64,000 nucleotides of DNA. It comes from Octopus sinensis. Lineage: Eukaryota. The notes beneath the pieces are model-generated. The model saw only the letters and a program-made list of their open reading frames with translations. It did no database searches and was not told where the DNA came from. Both the position numbers and the translations under genes were made by a program. The stretch spans positions 23,932,001-23,996,000 of the forward strand of contig NC_043007.1 of the NCBI RefSeq assembly GCF_006345805.1. Reading direction: 5' to 3'. Of the stretch, positions 36,901-50,674 are shown one piece after another; the first letter of the stretch is position 1; every line of letters begins with the position of its first letter.

Positions 36901-38096
36901 TGTCAGATGAAGCTGCTTACAATGAAAAGTTTGGATATGGAGAGAAGCAGATTTCCAGCGCTGGCCTGGAAATAACCCACAATGGAAATTCGGAAATGGA
37001 ACAAAGCACTAAAGATGGAAACAGTTCTAAAGTGCCACATCGGAATAAGCGAAGATCTAAAACTTCATCTGTCCTGAAATGGCTTTCAAGGAAATTTCAT
37101 TTATCATCTAAACGTATTGAGGAAGACTTTGACAGAGGTATTTGTCCTTCCCATAAAAACACAGACACATTAACACATATCAAACACAACTATCCTATAA
37201 AAGCTAGCAGTACTGGAAACTTATATTCTGCTTCTGTGAATAGCTATTTAGGTGAAGTTTCGGACTATGTAAATATCGGTAAACCAGAACACAGAAAGTC
37301 TGTTACATTAGAACCTGTTCTGTTATCATATAAGTCATCAAACCATTTATCAGACTTTGATAATCATAATTTAAGGAATTTTAGTTCGTGTGGAACATTT
37401 GAAATGTGCAACAGTGCGGAGGGCAATACACTCATGACTTTCCAAACTAAATTAGTTGAGGGTGAGAGTGATGTCCTTCCGCAAAGTGATAATCCTTCTC
37501 TGTTACCCCACGACTCTGCTGTGACTACAAAGAGCCATTCTGTGACATCAAGACTTTCTGAAGAAGCTGCTATTAAAATGCTCCCTTCTGAATTCCCCAC
37601 TGATCCAGTTTCAGAAAGAAATATGCCCCATGCAGAAAAATGTATCAAATTTCTATCAGAACATAATTTTAATGAACAAAGCAAACAAATTTCAATTGCT
37701 CAAACTGAACGGAAAATGCAATTGTCTGTCTCACCTGTTATATCAAAATACCCTTCATCAAGTAGCCCTATCAGCAGTTTATGTAGCACTGAGTGTGATT
37801 CAGCTATTGAAACTCTTAGTCCTGACGAGGAATGGCCAGAAATGAAGCCACACCTTGACAAAATTTTACCAAACAAAGACCCAACACACAAAACCACCAA
37901 TACGGCACCACCCCTTGTTGTAATAACAGACTATGGAGACTCAACGAATGACCCAGTTGAGGTTTCTCATTTAAGAGGCTGCTGTGACCCCTTGAATGCA
38001 AGTGGTCGGAAACTTTCTAACTGTTCTGTAGCATCAGATGTATCTGATTACTCTACAATTTCAACATGTAGTTCAAGTGAGGAGTCATCACCTAAG
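36901..38096 (+). CDS. ITPKB: Large internal coding exon, Ser-rich N-terminal region of a probable inositol-trisphosphate 3-kinase (ITPK/IP3K)
   Basis: The only long non-repetitive ORF (412 aa). Acceptor TTTCTCTTTATTTCAG|TG (phase 1), donor AAG|GTAAGC (phase 0). The C-terminal PPLVVITDYG...RKLSNCSVAS..SSSEES resembles human ITPKB PAVIITDMG...RKLSSSSASS..SEED (from recall), which lies just before the kinase region. The exon is well supported; the family call is moderate because no catalytic exon was seen. Confidence 0.7.
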
Positions 38097-38399
38097 GTAA
38101 GCTTAATTTTTCGTAATTAATATTTTAATAAAGTAAAGGCTATTTGCCAACATAATGTGGTTGTCCTGGAAGGGATGATGTTGCTGTTGTTTTAGCTCCA
38201 GGAAACATAATTTCTAGCTGGCTATATGACACAATGTCTGTGTCCTTATATTTTCACACAGGGAGTTCAGCACAAGCTCAATGGCTTTTAATGTTAGATA
38301 CTGCATACAAGACTTTCTTATAGCCATTGTGTTTCACACATTTTTCCCCAATCTGGATGACAATAAATATCATCCTATTCATGGAAGTATAGAAAAAAA

Positions 38400-38895
38400 A
38401 AACTGATGCAAAATCGTTTCCCAAGATATAAGTTTTTATCCCTGGGCATGGATACATTGAAACTCCAACGTCTGGCAGCTGACTTGGCAGACACCCATAA
38501 AAGTATTAACCATCTTACTAACAATAACTCTGAGCACCTTTTCAAACTCCACCTGTCTAACACCTGTAGACATGTTTACAAAGTCAGAAAACAGCACAGC
38601 TCCCATGACTTTCGGAAACATTTTTTCTCGCTAAGAGTTGCTGAAGCATGGAACAAACTGCCGGCATCAGTTGTTAGTTGTCGGAGCACTGCATCCTTCA
38701 AAACTTCCATGCTTCCTAAGATTTGCCAACACTACACCTGATTTTCTCCCCTCCATACACACGCAAGCATGTATCTGACTCATACACTGTTCACTTCCCA
38801 GACATTTGTACATTACTGCATATGCTTCATACGCACTTTTGACAAGTTGTGGTGCGCCTAAGCACTGCATACAATAATTTCATTATTATTATTAT
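38400..38895 (+). mobile_element. CR1-clade LINE 3' fragment
   Basis: LKLQRLAADLADTHK...HVYKVRKQ..FRKHFFSLRVAEAWNKLPASVVSC.STASFK matches the CR1 RT C-terminus; (ATT)n tail. Confidence 0.85.
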
Positions 38896-39929
38896 AAAAC
38901 AGAATACTTATAAGAATAGCATTAGAATTTATACATTTTTCTTGTTTTTTTGTTTTTTTTAGAACTTGTGCACTTTGAGATTTTTTTCTTTTTGAAGGCA
39001 TTATTATCATTCAGTGACAAAGAAATCAATGTACTTTTCATTTCTAGATATTTTTGTCCTCACCACCTCTCATTTCGACTGGTAGGTATTGTTCGCCTCC
39101 TTGTCAGCTCTGATCAAGCAAACCTTTTGATTGAAAGTTTTCCAACTTATTTTCAACTGCTATGTCAAGAACTTCTTTACCCAAAGTAATCTTCCCTTTT
39201 TTTTTTTTAAGAGAGCAGGGTGTAATTTGAGTGAGATTCGACTGTTATTTCTTGTAGATCTACAAACCATATAAAGCCCCCCCCCATTGACTCATGGAAG
39301 TAGGTATACCAAACAGATATCATGTTACAGGACTTTAATGAAAAAGTTAGAGAGATTTGTATGTGTGTGTTTGAAATAGGTACAATTAATAGGTAGTTAA
39401 TATACATAAGTACAACACGCTCTGATTATGCTGATTATAACTGTCCGATTATACAGTATTGGTTTGTAGCTGACATACATCATAGTTACCAGTTTTGAAA
39501 GTCATATTTCAGTCTTTTAACCATCTGCATACAACTGAGAAAGAACTTTAACAGACTTTCTGTTATATTTCTAATGTATTTTGACAAGAGTATTTTCATT
39601 ACATCCATCCAGTCAGGACAATTATCACTATCATTATCCCCACCACTACCTCATGTTCCTCTAACCTGATATAATTCTATTTCCCCAAGTCGAATTTATA
39701 TCAAGGAACTATTTTTAGACTAAGGGAAACAACTCTGCATAAACCAAGTGCTCAATTACGTGGAGGAATTTGTACTTTTCAAAAGTGGTGTAAACAAAGC
39801 AAAACAAACTGTCTGAACATGAATAAAAATTAATGTTTACTTCTCAGCCAAGACGCTTGTCATTTTAGGATATATTTTTTTCAGGAGTATAATATTAATA
39901 ATATTAGTATTTTTGTATATCACTTAACT

Positions 39930-40940
39930 GTTATATGCTATAGATCTTTCCTGCAATCTCACCTGGATACAGTGCAATAATTGGATTGCTGATTGACAAC
40001 CTAAGCTAACTGTAGACAAAGGCATCTTTATATATTTTGTGAGGAAAAATCCAGAATCTATCTACTCTCTCCACAACACCAAGTTTAGCTGTCAGGTGAA
40101 TGTGATTGAGGTACTATTGTCAACAATGATCAGAACTGGAGGAATTAAATTTCTAAAAATCATCAAAAAGACAGACAGAAAGCATCTTACCATCACATAG
40201 TAAGACCTTCATCACCTATTTACCAGCTATCTGTTTAAAGCTAGATGTGATTATGGTACGTTTCCAGTCTAGGACCTACATGATGCCCAGAATATTAATC
40301 AGCTGGAAGCTGTCTAGAGATGTGCAACCAAGCAAATTTTCTTTGTCAATCACCATATCTTAAATGTATTGCCTCTCTGGGCACCAACACACTAAAGTTT
40401 CAACATCTAGCAGTTGACTTAGTAGGAACCCACAAGATTCCATCAGGCATCTACCATATTCTGAATGCCTTGCTTCCCTGGGCATAGATACATTGAAGCT
40501 CTGACGTCTGGCAACCGACTTGGTAAACACCCACAAAATTATTAACCATTGTGCCAACAACCACCTTTGAGCACCTTTTTGAACTCCATGTGTCTAACCC
40601 ACATGGGCATGCCTACAAAGTCAGAAAACAGCACAGCTCCCATGACTTTTGGAAACATTTTCTCACACTCTGAGTTGCTGAAGCATAGAACAAACTACCT
40701 GCATCAGTTGTTAGTTGTTGAAACATTGCGTCCTTTAAAACCTCCATGCGTCCTGAAATTCGCCAACACTACACCTGATATCCCCACCTCCATACACATG
40801 TATATCATGATTCATACACTGTTCACTTTCCTGATGTTTGTACATAATTCTATGTACTATACATGCACCTTTGATGAGTTGTAGTGCACCTGAGTACTGT
40901 ACACAATAATTACATCATCATCATCATCATTATTATTATT
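39930..40940 (+). mobile_element. CR1-clade LINE fragment, same family as 38400
   Basis: Nucleotide similarity to 38420-38890; upstream LQSHLD and INQLEAV*RCATK motifs; (CAT)/(ATT)n tail. A short further copy lies at ~42097-42180. Confidence 0.8.
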
Positions 40941-40944
40941 ATAA

Positions 40945-41164
40945 CCCTTTCGTTTCTGTATTTATTTTGAGATACTCTCTGTTTCTTACAATTCCTTTAA
41001 ATATAACAAAGAATTTAGCAAAATAACTTAGTTATCATACAGCTAGTGTTAGGAACATAATTTGTAACTAAAGTTTGGTGGAAGATTTTAATTCAAAATT
41101 CATGAAAATGAGACATTTGTACTCAGAGCCAGAGCTGGTTTCAGCTGGGTTGGTAATGAAAGGG
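40945..41164. mobile_element. piggyBac-type MITE
   Basis: ATAA|CCCTTTCGTT ... AATGAAAGGG|TTAA. Confidence 0.7.
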
Positions 41165-41809
41165 TTAAGGCATCAATTTCACCAGTTTGGAAGGACTGCA
41201 AAAGCCAAAGACAATGACCTGTTCTTTATGGCCCAGCAAAAAGTAAAAAAAGGAAAGAATTCATTTTGAAATGGTTTTGAACATAGACCTATTTACTGGC
41301 ATTCAAATTCTTACTTTACAACCTAAAGTTTTGTTTACTCTTTCTCTCTCTTTTTTTTAATTTTCATATCTTTCATTCTTTAATCCCTTATTCACTTTGG
41401 ATTAACTTTGATCCCAACTACAGTAAATCTACAATCTTTCAATAATATTAGCTGTTACCAAATAATCCATATCTCCAATTTTATATACTTCAAAGAATTC
41501 ATTGATATCTTTTGCCACCAATTACCAAACAATATTAATTATGAATGACAGTTACGCAATGTTATATTACACATTGAAATTGCAAATTGATATGGTGCAG
41601 TTATATATTGGCAGCTTGTGCCAAGATACCAATATTCCAGTGTATCTATGGCCGGGATAATTAACTCTCAAATGAGGTGCTGCTAGTTGTATTGTAAAAT
41701 TGTCAAGTATATCATTTGTTCGCAGTACTTAGTTTAATTCCTCTTCTGTGTGTGCATGAGTAGTTGGATCCTATTGGTTTCATTTAGAAAACACGTGTTT
41801 GTTCTTTCA

Positions 41810-42090
41810 TCATCATCATAGTTTAATGTCCATCTTCCATGTATGCATGGGTAGGATGGTTAACAGCAGCCAGCCAGGTAGAAAACTACCCTAGGCTACT
41901 GTGTCTGTTTTGGCAGGATTTTTACAGCTTCCTGACACCAACTACTGCAGAGTGGACTGTGTTTTTTTACGTGGCACTAGCACAGGTGAGGTTCATTTTG
42001 GCTTGATTTTTACAGCAGGATGCCTCTCCAAATGCCAACCACTTCACAGTGTGGACTGGATGCTTTTTACACAGTACCAGCACTGGTAGC
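41810..42090 (-). mobile_element. RTE LINE 3' end (family C), diverged
   Basis: (CAT)n..TTTAATGTCCATCTTCCATG..TTTTACGTGGCAC..GGATGCCTCTCCAAATGCCAACC. Confidence 0.7.
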
Positions 42091-43654
42091 ATCACCATTT
42101 TGTGAGGAAAAATCCAGAATCTGTCTATTCCCTCCACAACACCAACCTTAGCTTGCAGGTGAATGTGACCAAGGCACTATAATCCTTTAGTTAAGAGACA
42201 GACACAAATACAAATACACACACATGTATGGGTGTGTGTGTGTGTGTCCCAATTAAAGTATAATAGTGATCATAAAAAATTAAGTAAACTGACTTGATTA
42301 TCAGATGATAGATGGATTGACAAAGAGAAAATATTACACAAGGTATTAGAGGTTATGTACCTGTATAATAATTAGCAATACTGAGAACCTATTTCTGAAA
42401 TATAATATACAGCTGTAAAAGTATATAAAATTGTCTTAAAAGTAATCTGAATAAATATTTTCTACAATTTCATCCACATTGTGTCTCTTCTTTGAATGAA
42501 AAATTAGGTTTCTGTTCTGTTCTAGTTGGGATATTTTTTCTTATTAATACTGCTGAAGAATGTTCAGTGAAGCAGAAACATTTTAAATGAGGAAAAATAT
42601 TTTTTTGTGTTTGTTAAATTGCTCTTATTATCTACTAGATTATTATATGTGAATAATTGTTGTTGCTTTAAATTATTAAAGAACAGGGGGGAAAGTTTCT
42701 AAGTATTGTTATTGTATAGCTGCCCCTCCCATCAGTCACACATCATGAAACAGACTATGATCAAGAGTGTTTCATCTTTATATTACTCCAACTTTCTTTC
42801 AGGTATTATGTGCTTTTTTTTTGAGGTAGTAGTGTGTCATTTCAGGGAGATTTGGCTGCTATTTCTAGTAAGCCAAGCAACCACATAGAAAGTTTCTCAA
42901 TGGCATTATTGATAGTCCACAAATGAAGACCTGCCTACAGATCTTCAAAATAGATCTCTGTCTGAGCTTTGATTTTCTGTTCAAATATCTGCAGTTAGTA
43001 GATTGTAGGCTGGCTTTGTAGGCTGTATTTCAGAGGATAAATGTCAGACATTATTAGCAAACAGCAGTTGTTAAGGATGTAGCTGCAACTGAAGGAGTCA
43101 ACGAAGCCTGTAGAGAGAAGGGTGATGTTGTAACCACAAGCAAATTTAGAGCCTTATAAAAAGCTCAGCATTTTTTTTTATGGCTTAGTCAGATGATGGA
43201 CAACACTCATGACCACCTATTTAATGGTCTTTGAGACTGTTTAGGAAAAGAGAGGAAGAAGCGATGGTTCATGGGTTGCTTCAGTAAGAAGCATCACTTC
43301 AATTTCCTTGGACTGGAGATCTGGTCCTAATGTTTACAATAAACTATAGTCTCCTAAAGACAAGAGCTGTGTGTTGGTATTAAGTTTGATCATAGCTTAA
43401 ATCCACCTATCTATCTATCTATCTGCTCAGTCAAAGTTGACTCTTGGTTACTCGATAGATCAGTGTCCTCTAGTCAGTTCTATCCTGGGCTGCTTCGTTC
43501 AGATTGGCTAAATCCACCACATGAATGTAAAGTGTAGGTTGTAATTTAACTATGAATTTGTTGAAATAAGCTACCATTGAAAAATATAACTTTATAACCT
43601 TACCCATGAATAAACTGAGCACTTTTGAAAAAAATCTAATGACTCACTATATAT

Positions 43655-43985
43655 ATAAAGGGTAAAGACTCCCTGTGATCATGAATGACCATGGGATTGC
43701 ACCTAGAAAGTTCCCCTGGAGTCACAAGTCTAGGTAAGGTTGTTTGTAGAAGACTAGTGGTCACATACTTATGCATACCAGTCACCCTTCTCTATACCAT
43801 CAATGTTGTCCAAGGGAAAAGCAAAGGTTGATACAGCTTGGCACTAGTGATGTAACAACTCATTTCTACAGCTGAGTGAACTGGAGCAACATGAAATAAA
43901 ATGTCTTGCTCAAGAACATAACACAGAGGAATTGAACTCACAACCTCATGGTTGTAAGTCTGATTCTCTAACCACTGAGCTATGA
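43655..43985 (-). mobile_element. tRNA-derived SINE (CORE/V-like)
   Basis: Minus-strand head AGCTCAGTGGTTAGAG..GAGTTCAATTCC..GTTCTTGAGCAAGACATTTTATTTCA..CTCCAGTTCACTCAGCTG. Confidence 0.75.
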
Positions 43986-44330
43986 TATATATTAACCTTC
44001 TTTTATTAGAAACCCTTCACTGAACAAAGGATAGCTTAACCACATTTGGCTGGGAAAATATTTTTTTTTGTAATAAGTAACAAAGTAAATATGAAATTTG
44101 TTTAAACTTTTCCTATTTTTAATGGCTGAGTTAGAAGAGGAAGAGTGATGCTCATGACCCTTTGTTGAGCCTGCAAGACTAGTGAAAGGAAAAGGGAAAT
44201 TTATCTTCAGATTGGTGAGTGAAGCCCAAATGTTTGCAACAAAGCAGATTCTTCTAAAGAAAGCCAAGGCTAGACAGTAATGTTAAACTGGATAAAACCC
44301 ATAATAGTCACTTTAATGGATTGCCAAGTA

Positions 44331-45580
44331 TTGGGTCATCCCATAAATAATGTGGTTTTTCAATTGCATGAACTAAAAGTTGTAGAGGGATGGGATGAAC
44401 TACCTGCATCAACTTGCTATAAATGCAGGTAATAATTTTGTCTTGTCCTTATTCTTAGTGCAAGTTTTGAAGAGTGCAGTTTGACTTTAACAGTTATTTT
44501 TTCAAAGCTATAATGAAAGTGACAAAGGAGCATATTCGGCATATTTTGCTTTATGAGTTCAATAAAGGCAACAAAACAACAAAAAGTGCAAGGAATATTA
44601 ATGCAGTATATGGGGATCAGACAATAAGTGTAAACCAGTGTCAACGGTGGTTCCAGAAATTCCAAGCCGGAAGCTATAGCCTAGAAGACAAGCCTTATCT
44701 TGAAAAATTTGTAGAGCTTGACAAGGACATCCTGCAAACTCTGGTGGAACAAAATCCCATTGTAACTGTTGAGGAAATAGTAGAGAAGCTTGGATTTGGT
44801 CATTCAACCATTCATTGACACCTGTGTACTATCGGAAAAGCCAGCAAAATGGGTCAATGGGTTCTTCACAAACATTCCAAGTCTAATTGCATGCAAAGAG
44901 TGAATGTGTGCTCTTCTTTGCTGTCACATCTCACAAATGAACCTTTTTTCGACCAAATAGTGACTGGTGATAAGAACTAGGTTCTCTATAAAAATATCAA
45001 GTGCTGAAGACAGTGGGTAGGGAAAAGAAAAATACTGGCAACCTGGGCTAAAGGTCTCCATCCATATGTAAGGTGTTATCTATTTGGTGGGATATGGCAG
45101 GTTTAATCCACCTTGAGCTCTTAAACCTAAACCAAACAATAACAAAGGAGATGTGCTGCGAGCAGCTTAAGTCAGCGCTAGAAAACAAAACGACCATCTT
45201 TGGTTTCAAGATGAAAGGTGTTCTTCCATCAGAATAATGCTCAGCCACATACGGTGAGGATGATATTCCAAAGGCTGGCACAGTTTGAATGGGAAACAAT
45301 GCCCCACCCACCACTGGATATTGCCCCATCTGTTTATCATTTATTCTGCAGTCTTCAAAATCATCTGGACGGAAAATATATGAATTCTATAGACAAGGTC
45401 AGAGGAGTCTTTTTTGTCATGGACAAGAGAATTTTGGAAGAATGGCCTTGCAAGTCTACATGGAAGAGCATTGTAGAAAATGAAGGAGAATATATTTTAG
45501 ATTAAAAATGAACTTTGTTTATCTTAATTTTGAAAAGTAAAAGAAGTATAAAAAACTGCATTATTTATGGGATGACCCAA
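44331..45580 (+). mobile_element. Full-length mariner transposon (non-functional)
   Basis: TA|TTGGGTCATCCCATAAATAATG ... CATTATTTATGGGATGACCCAA|TA; 1250 bp. Confidence 0.95.
44513..45505 (+). pseudogene. mariner transposase pseudogene
   Basis: MKVTKEHIRHILLYEFNKG..RWFQKF HTH, WVLHK, IVTGDK, FHQNNAQPH, HPPLDIAPS.YHLF, GEYILD*. Stops and frameshifts are present. Confidence 0.92.
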
Positions 45581-48399
45581 TAGTTTCTATCTTCCAAATA
45601 TCACTCACAAAGCTTTTGTTAATTCAAGGCTTAAATAGAAGATACCTGTTCAGATGCCACATACTAGGATCAAACCCAATGTTGTAAGGTGAACTTCTTC
45701 ACCACACAGCAATGCCTGCACAGTATCATTATGGAAAAACAACTATAAAATGACTGTAAAACAAAAAAAGTTTGCTCCTAAAATATTCACAAATACTTCA
45801 TACATATATTCAGTAATAGTTCCTCCTTTGTTTCTGTTTTCATTATTATTCCTAATTCACTTTATTATTTGGTTTTATCTTACATAATTAGTCAAGTTCT
45901 GAATACCTCCAAAAGATAGAATATATTAATTATGCATTACTTTATTATAAATATAACAGTAAAAAATAACTATAATCAAGCTAGTCATATAAAACTATTA
46001 TGCATACATTATTATCAGGAAGTGAAGATAATCATGACAGTTCAGTGTCAAATTTCACAAGTTATTTTGTTACACTTGGCATACAGCCAAGTTTCATCTA
46101 AAGTTGACTTTTGATTTTACACAGATATTTTTCATTCCTCTTGAGTCAATCCAATAAGTACTTGTAGTAATATTAACTATTTACTTAATTCTAATAAATT
46201 AGCAACAGTTTTTAAAGGAAACTAGTAGTGTACATTAACATATATGGTGATAGTAAAACACTAGATTTGGTAGTCAGAATGAGGTCTAGTATTAGCCACA
46301 CGATATAAGAGTCTTAATAAATACACTACATCAGATACCATCCTTTGAATTTATATCCTGGGTAAGTGACATAAGGTGCAACAGCATATAAATCAATTGA
46401 TTGGGTAATTACCATGTGGAAGTACTTTCATTTATTACATTTCCAAATAAAAGATTTGTTTGCTTATGCCAGCTTTATATGTAATTAATAATTTAATTAT
46501 TGCATTTTTGACTTCAGTAGGGTAAACTAAGTCTTCAAACCAGTTTCAAAATTTAGTTCAAGCTGATTCATTTCATCTGAGTATTTGAAAGGCATGAATA
46601 TCACAGCTCACTTTTGTCTCTAGTCAGTAGAAACCAATATTTGCTACTGGTTTAGGGCATCAAACTGGAACCCTTATCATATTTAATTCCATTTTTTTAG
46701 GTTCTAAGCTAAAATCCTGCCAAGTTCAATTTCGCCTTTTATCCTTCTGAAGTTAGTAAAATGACTCTCAGTAGGTTCAAATAACTTTACCTTTCCTGCT
46801 ACTTTGTCAAAATGCATCATTATTTCAAGTGGTTAAGTCATTAAAGTACTTCCCTAAATACTTCATTTGTTTGGGTTTCAGTTGAATTTTCGGTAGTATC
46901 AATCAACTTCACCTTTTATCTCTGTAGTTGATAAAATAAGTACTGATAGTATCTGGCATCAGTCCAGCCAAGTATATGCCCCTCCTAAAAAATTTGGCTT
47001 TGTTGTTGTAACATAAATTGCTATTCCAAAAAAGTATATCATCTCCTGAACTCACTGTTCAAATATCTTATTAAATCTCAAGTAGCTGATAATACAATTG
47101 TTCAAGATGCTTTACTGTAGTTATTCTCAACTTGTGATCCACTCCCATTACCACCGAAAAAGGGTTGGGTTTGGGAGATAATTTTGGAGGACACAGAATA
47201 AGTTTACTTCAAAATTCGATAAAATTAAGTCTTAATATCAGTTACTGTACAATAAAATAATCTAAAATTAAGATAAAAAATTGTAAGGCTGATTAACGTG
47301 AGCAAAAATATTTTGTTTGAATTCGACTAATTTGACTGATAAGCACCCTGTAGATAGATAAGTTCTGTGTCAGGGTTTGGATGGTGATCTCTAGTTTTAA
47401 CTACAGTTTGATCAAAGTGATTGAAACAGTGTTTCAGTGTAATTAGTTTTTGAAATTGCATGCTGAATGATCCTGCTATATGTGACTTGGCCTTTTTCTT
47501 TTTTTTTTTATCTCTCAAGATGATAAAATACATATTTTAATTCAAATTATAGCTTTTCTCTCCAAGAATTTGACCTTGTGTGACAAATATTATAAAATAG
47601 ACACAATAATTAGTGAGTTAAGTTCAAGGTCTAGTTTGAATTGATTCCTGATTGTAAACAATGTATTGTGCTACTCTGAACTTGGGAAAACCTATCTTTG
47701 AATGCCAGATTTCTTTTAGAACTGCCTGGCTCAAAATGACAATGCACATAATTAGATAGGTTTGCATGCAAAAGTTTTTACCAGAAAACTCTTGATAAAT
47801 TTAAAGCTGGCTACAACTGATTCAGTATGAGAAAGATTGTCATATGATGAAGTTGTCTTAGTTTAGTTGCCTGTGCATGAGTCCGTGTCAGTTCGAATTA
47901 TAATGCAGGTTTGATAAGTGGTTAATTAAGATGTTCACTATGAAGGTAGATGAATACATTGAAACACTGGCTAGACAAATCTCCATTGTATCTGAAGTGC
48001 GTCAATGCGTACAGTGGTCAGGTGCAAAAATAAAGATGCAAAATGAATCGTCAGTTACATGATTGCGCACCATTCTGTATGGAATAAAATTCATAGAAAT
48101 CAGCAGTGGTAGTAGTTTTCATTGGGTTTCCATTATATAACCATTTTACGATTCAGAACATTCTCATAGGTTGAAAGGAATGCTAACTATACAAAGCATT
48201 AATTGTGATTTTAAGAAATGTGGAAATTCCTGTTTGACTATAAATCCAAACTGTTTTACATATCAAAAATAGAAAATAGAAAAAAAGTTATTAAATCAGT
48301 TAAAATATATCTTTCACCTATTTATACTTTTTATGTTTTGTGACAATGTATGAGACATAAACTTATCTCGTTAAGTAGAGCATTAATAAAGAAATAGCT

Positions 48400-48760
48400 T
48401 GTGTGTGTATACAGATAGATAGATATCTGTATATGTATATATAAAGATATATGTATATATATATATATATATATATACAGATATATATATAGATAGATAT
48501 GTGTGTGTGTGTATATATATATATGCACACACATATATAGATATGTGTATGTATATATATATATATGTGTGTGTGTAAAGATATATGTATATATATATAT
48601 AGATATATGTATATATAGATATATGTATATGTATATATAGATATATGTATATGTATATATAGATATATGTATATGTATATATAGATATAGATATATGTAT
48701 ATATATATATGTATATGTATATATAGATATATGTATATATATAGATAGATATATGTATAT
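48400..48760. repeat. Compound (TA)/(TAGA)/(TATG) microsatellite
   Basis: Seen directly in the sequence. Confidence 0.95.
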
Positions 48761-48761
48761 A

Positions 48762-48950
48762 CAGGGTGTCCATAAAGTCTCTTTACAATTTTAAAATTTT
48801 ATTACAAAGGCAGTTGACAAGATATCATAACCAGATTTGTTTTATTGTAATAATTTTTTATTAAAATTTTTTTAACTGTTATTTAATAGACCTTAATATG
48901 GGCACCATTAGTTGTGCAAAGCACATCAAGACAGTACTCGATTTCTTGCC
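48762..48950 (-). mobile_element. Tc1/mariner 3' terminal fragment
   Basis: TA|CAGGGTGTCCATAAAGTC TIR. Minus strand reads WQEIEYCLDVLCTTNGAHIKVY*, a transposase C-terminus. Confidence 0.75.
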
Positions 48951-50670
48951 ATTTTGTATCTTGAAAGTTTGTATGAATCCTGTCTCAGTTACTTCTCTTG
49001 TAACTCCAAAAGATATCATCTGTAGTGCAGTATTGTATTGTCTATTTTTGTTTTGGAATTGCTTGTAATTTTGGTCAGTTGATGACAACAGTTTTTTTAA
49101 TGGCTCTGGTGGTCGGGGTATTGCAGGGAGTTTAACCTTTCCCCACTGCAGCACACTGCAGGTGTCTCTCCAGGCCACTTCCTTGCTTTATAATGTTTGC
49201 ACTCAGTTGTCATTGTATCATTGGAAACCCTTGTGTCATCTGCATAATAAATTGCTGGATCATGATTGAAAGCTGCTTCATAGAAGTTGCTTCTCTGAGC
49301 TGTTGCAACTGCTCTTCGTTCTCCAGTAGAGATTCTATTCCTTGGCAGCCATACGTACCTCTGTTCATCACTTTGAGATGCTCAGGCTTTTGTAGTGCAC
49401 AATCTGTTCATTTCTTGGTATACTACCCTTTCTGCAGCGATCTCTCTTTCTCTGGACTGAGACATTCTTTTGGCTGACCTTGACATTGCAGACTAATTTG
49501 ACACTTTCCTTCTAGGCATGGTTATATACATATACCGAAATACACAGGTGCAGAACATAGTAAACAATGAAAATAACTGGGTAATGGAAATTATATTTCT
49601 TAGTACGACAGGTTGGAATTAAATAAGACATTTTTACGGAAAATAAAGAATTGTATCAGTTGAAGCGAAATTCGTCAGTGAGCCAAAGAGCTGGTATCGA
49701 AGGAACCAGAAAAAAGTTGTTAACAACAGAAAAACACAAAACCATTGCAAAAGTAAATAAGAAAACTTTAGGGAAATTAACCAAGTGCATGGATTGAAGT
49801 GAAATTTATGAAGTTACTTCTGTCAGTAAATTATGAACTTACTTTAATTAGTAATTCTGTCAACAACAAAAAAATGTTGCAAAAGTAAATAAGAAATTTG
49901 TAGGCAAATTTAACAAAATCTATTGATTGAAGTGAAATTTATGAAGTTACTTTTGCCAGTAAATTATGTATGAAATTACTTTCATCAGTATTTGTGAACT
50001 TCTTTCTGTCAGTAATTTGTCATCGTTGTTTGTAAATAGCGATTGAGAACTTACAGTGAAAACAATAGTGATTGAACTTAAAGTGAAAACAATAGCATCT
50101 GAAAAATGAAAGCGAAAACAATAGCGAGTGTGTGAGATATGGAGAAAGAGAGAGTGAGAGAGAGTTAGTTAGACAAACAAGATAGATATGGATAGATAGA
50201 TAGATAGATAAAATATAGACAGATAGAGATAGATAGATAAGATATAGACTGATAGATACAGAGAGATATAGAGATAGAGGTGGATAGAGAGATAGAGATG
50301 AATAGAGAGATATAGACGTCACTGACAATAGAAAATCGGAGGTAAATATTTTTTTAAACTTTCAAAGACGAGACTCTAATATAAAAAGCAATATTTTTTG
50401 CTTTTTTAATGACCAATGGATGTAAGGGAGAAATCGATTTCTGAAAGTTACTTTACAAAAAGTTACCTCCCTTCTCCACATAACCAGGAATGGATGTTTT
50501 CTGTGTCTGCCCTACCCCGTTGGGGGTTATTACTCATTATATGAAAAATTTTAAGAGTCTAAAACCATCCCTAGTACATAAGTAATGTATGTTCCCAGTT
50601 TGGAGAAAATCAGTTGAAAAATACGCCTGTTATAATCTTTTACACACACACACACACACAGAACGGGATT
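48951..50670 (-). mobile_element. Helitron 5' portion with Rep/helicase N-terminal remnant
   Basis: GKVKLPAIPRPPEPLKKLL...FQNKNRQYNTALQMISFG....GFIQTFKIQ matches the Helitron helicase-like N-terminal domain. Candidate start MPRRK at 49519. The AAATTTATGAAGTTACTT subrepeats recur at 61345. Confidence 0.8.
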
Positions 50671-50674
50671 TATA

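Noticed and set aside
44474-45505. Domesticated SETMAR-like gene
   Set aside because: Intact TIRs and TA TSD with stops and frameshifts indicate a dead transposon.
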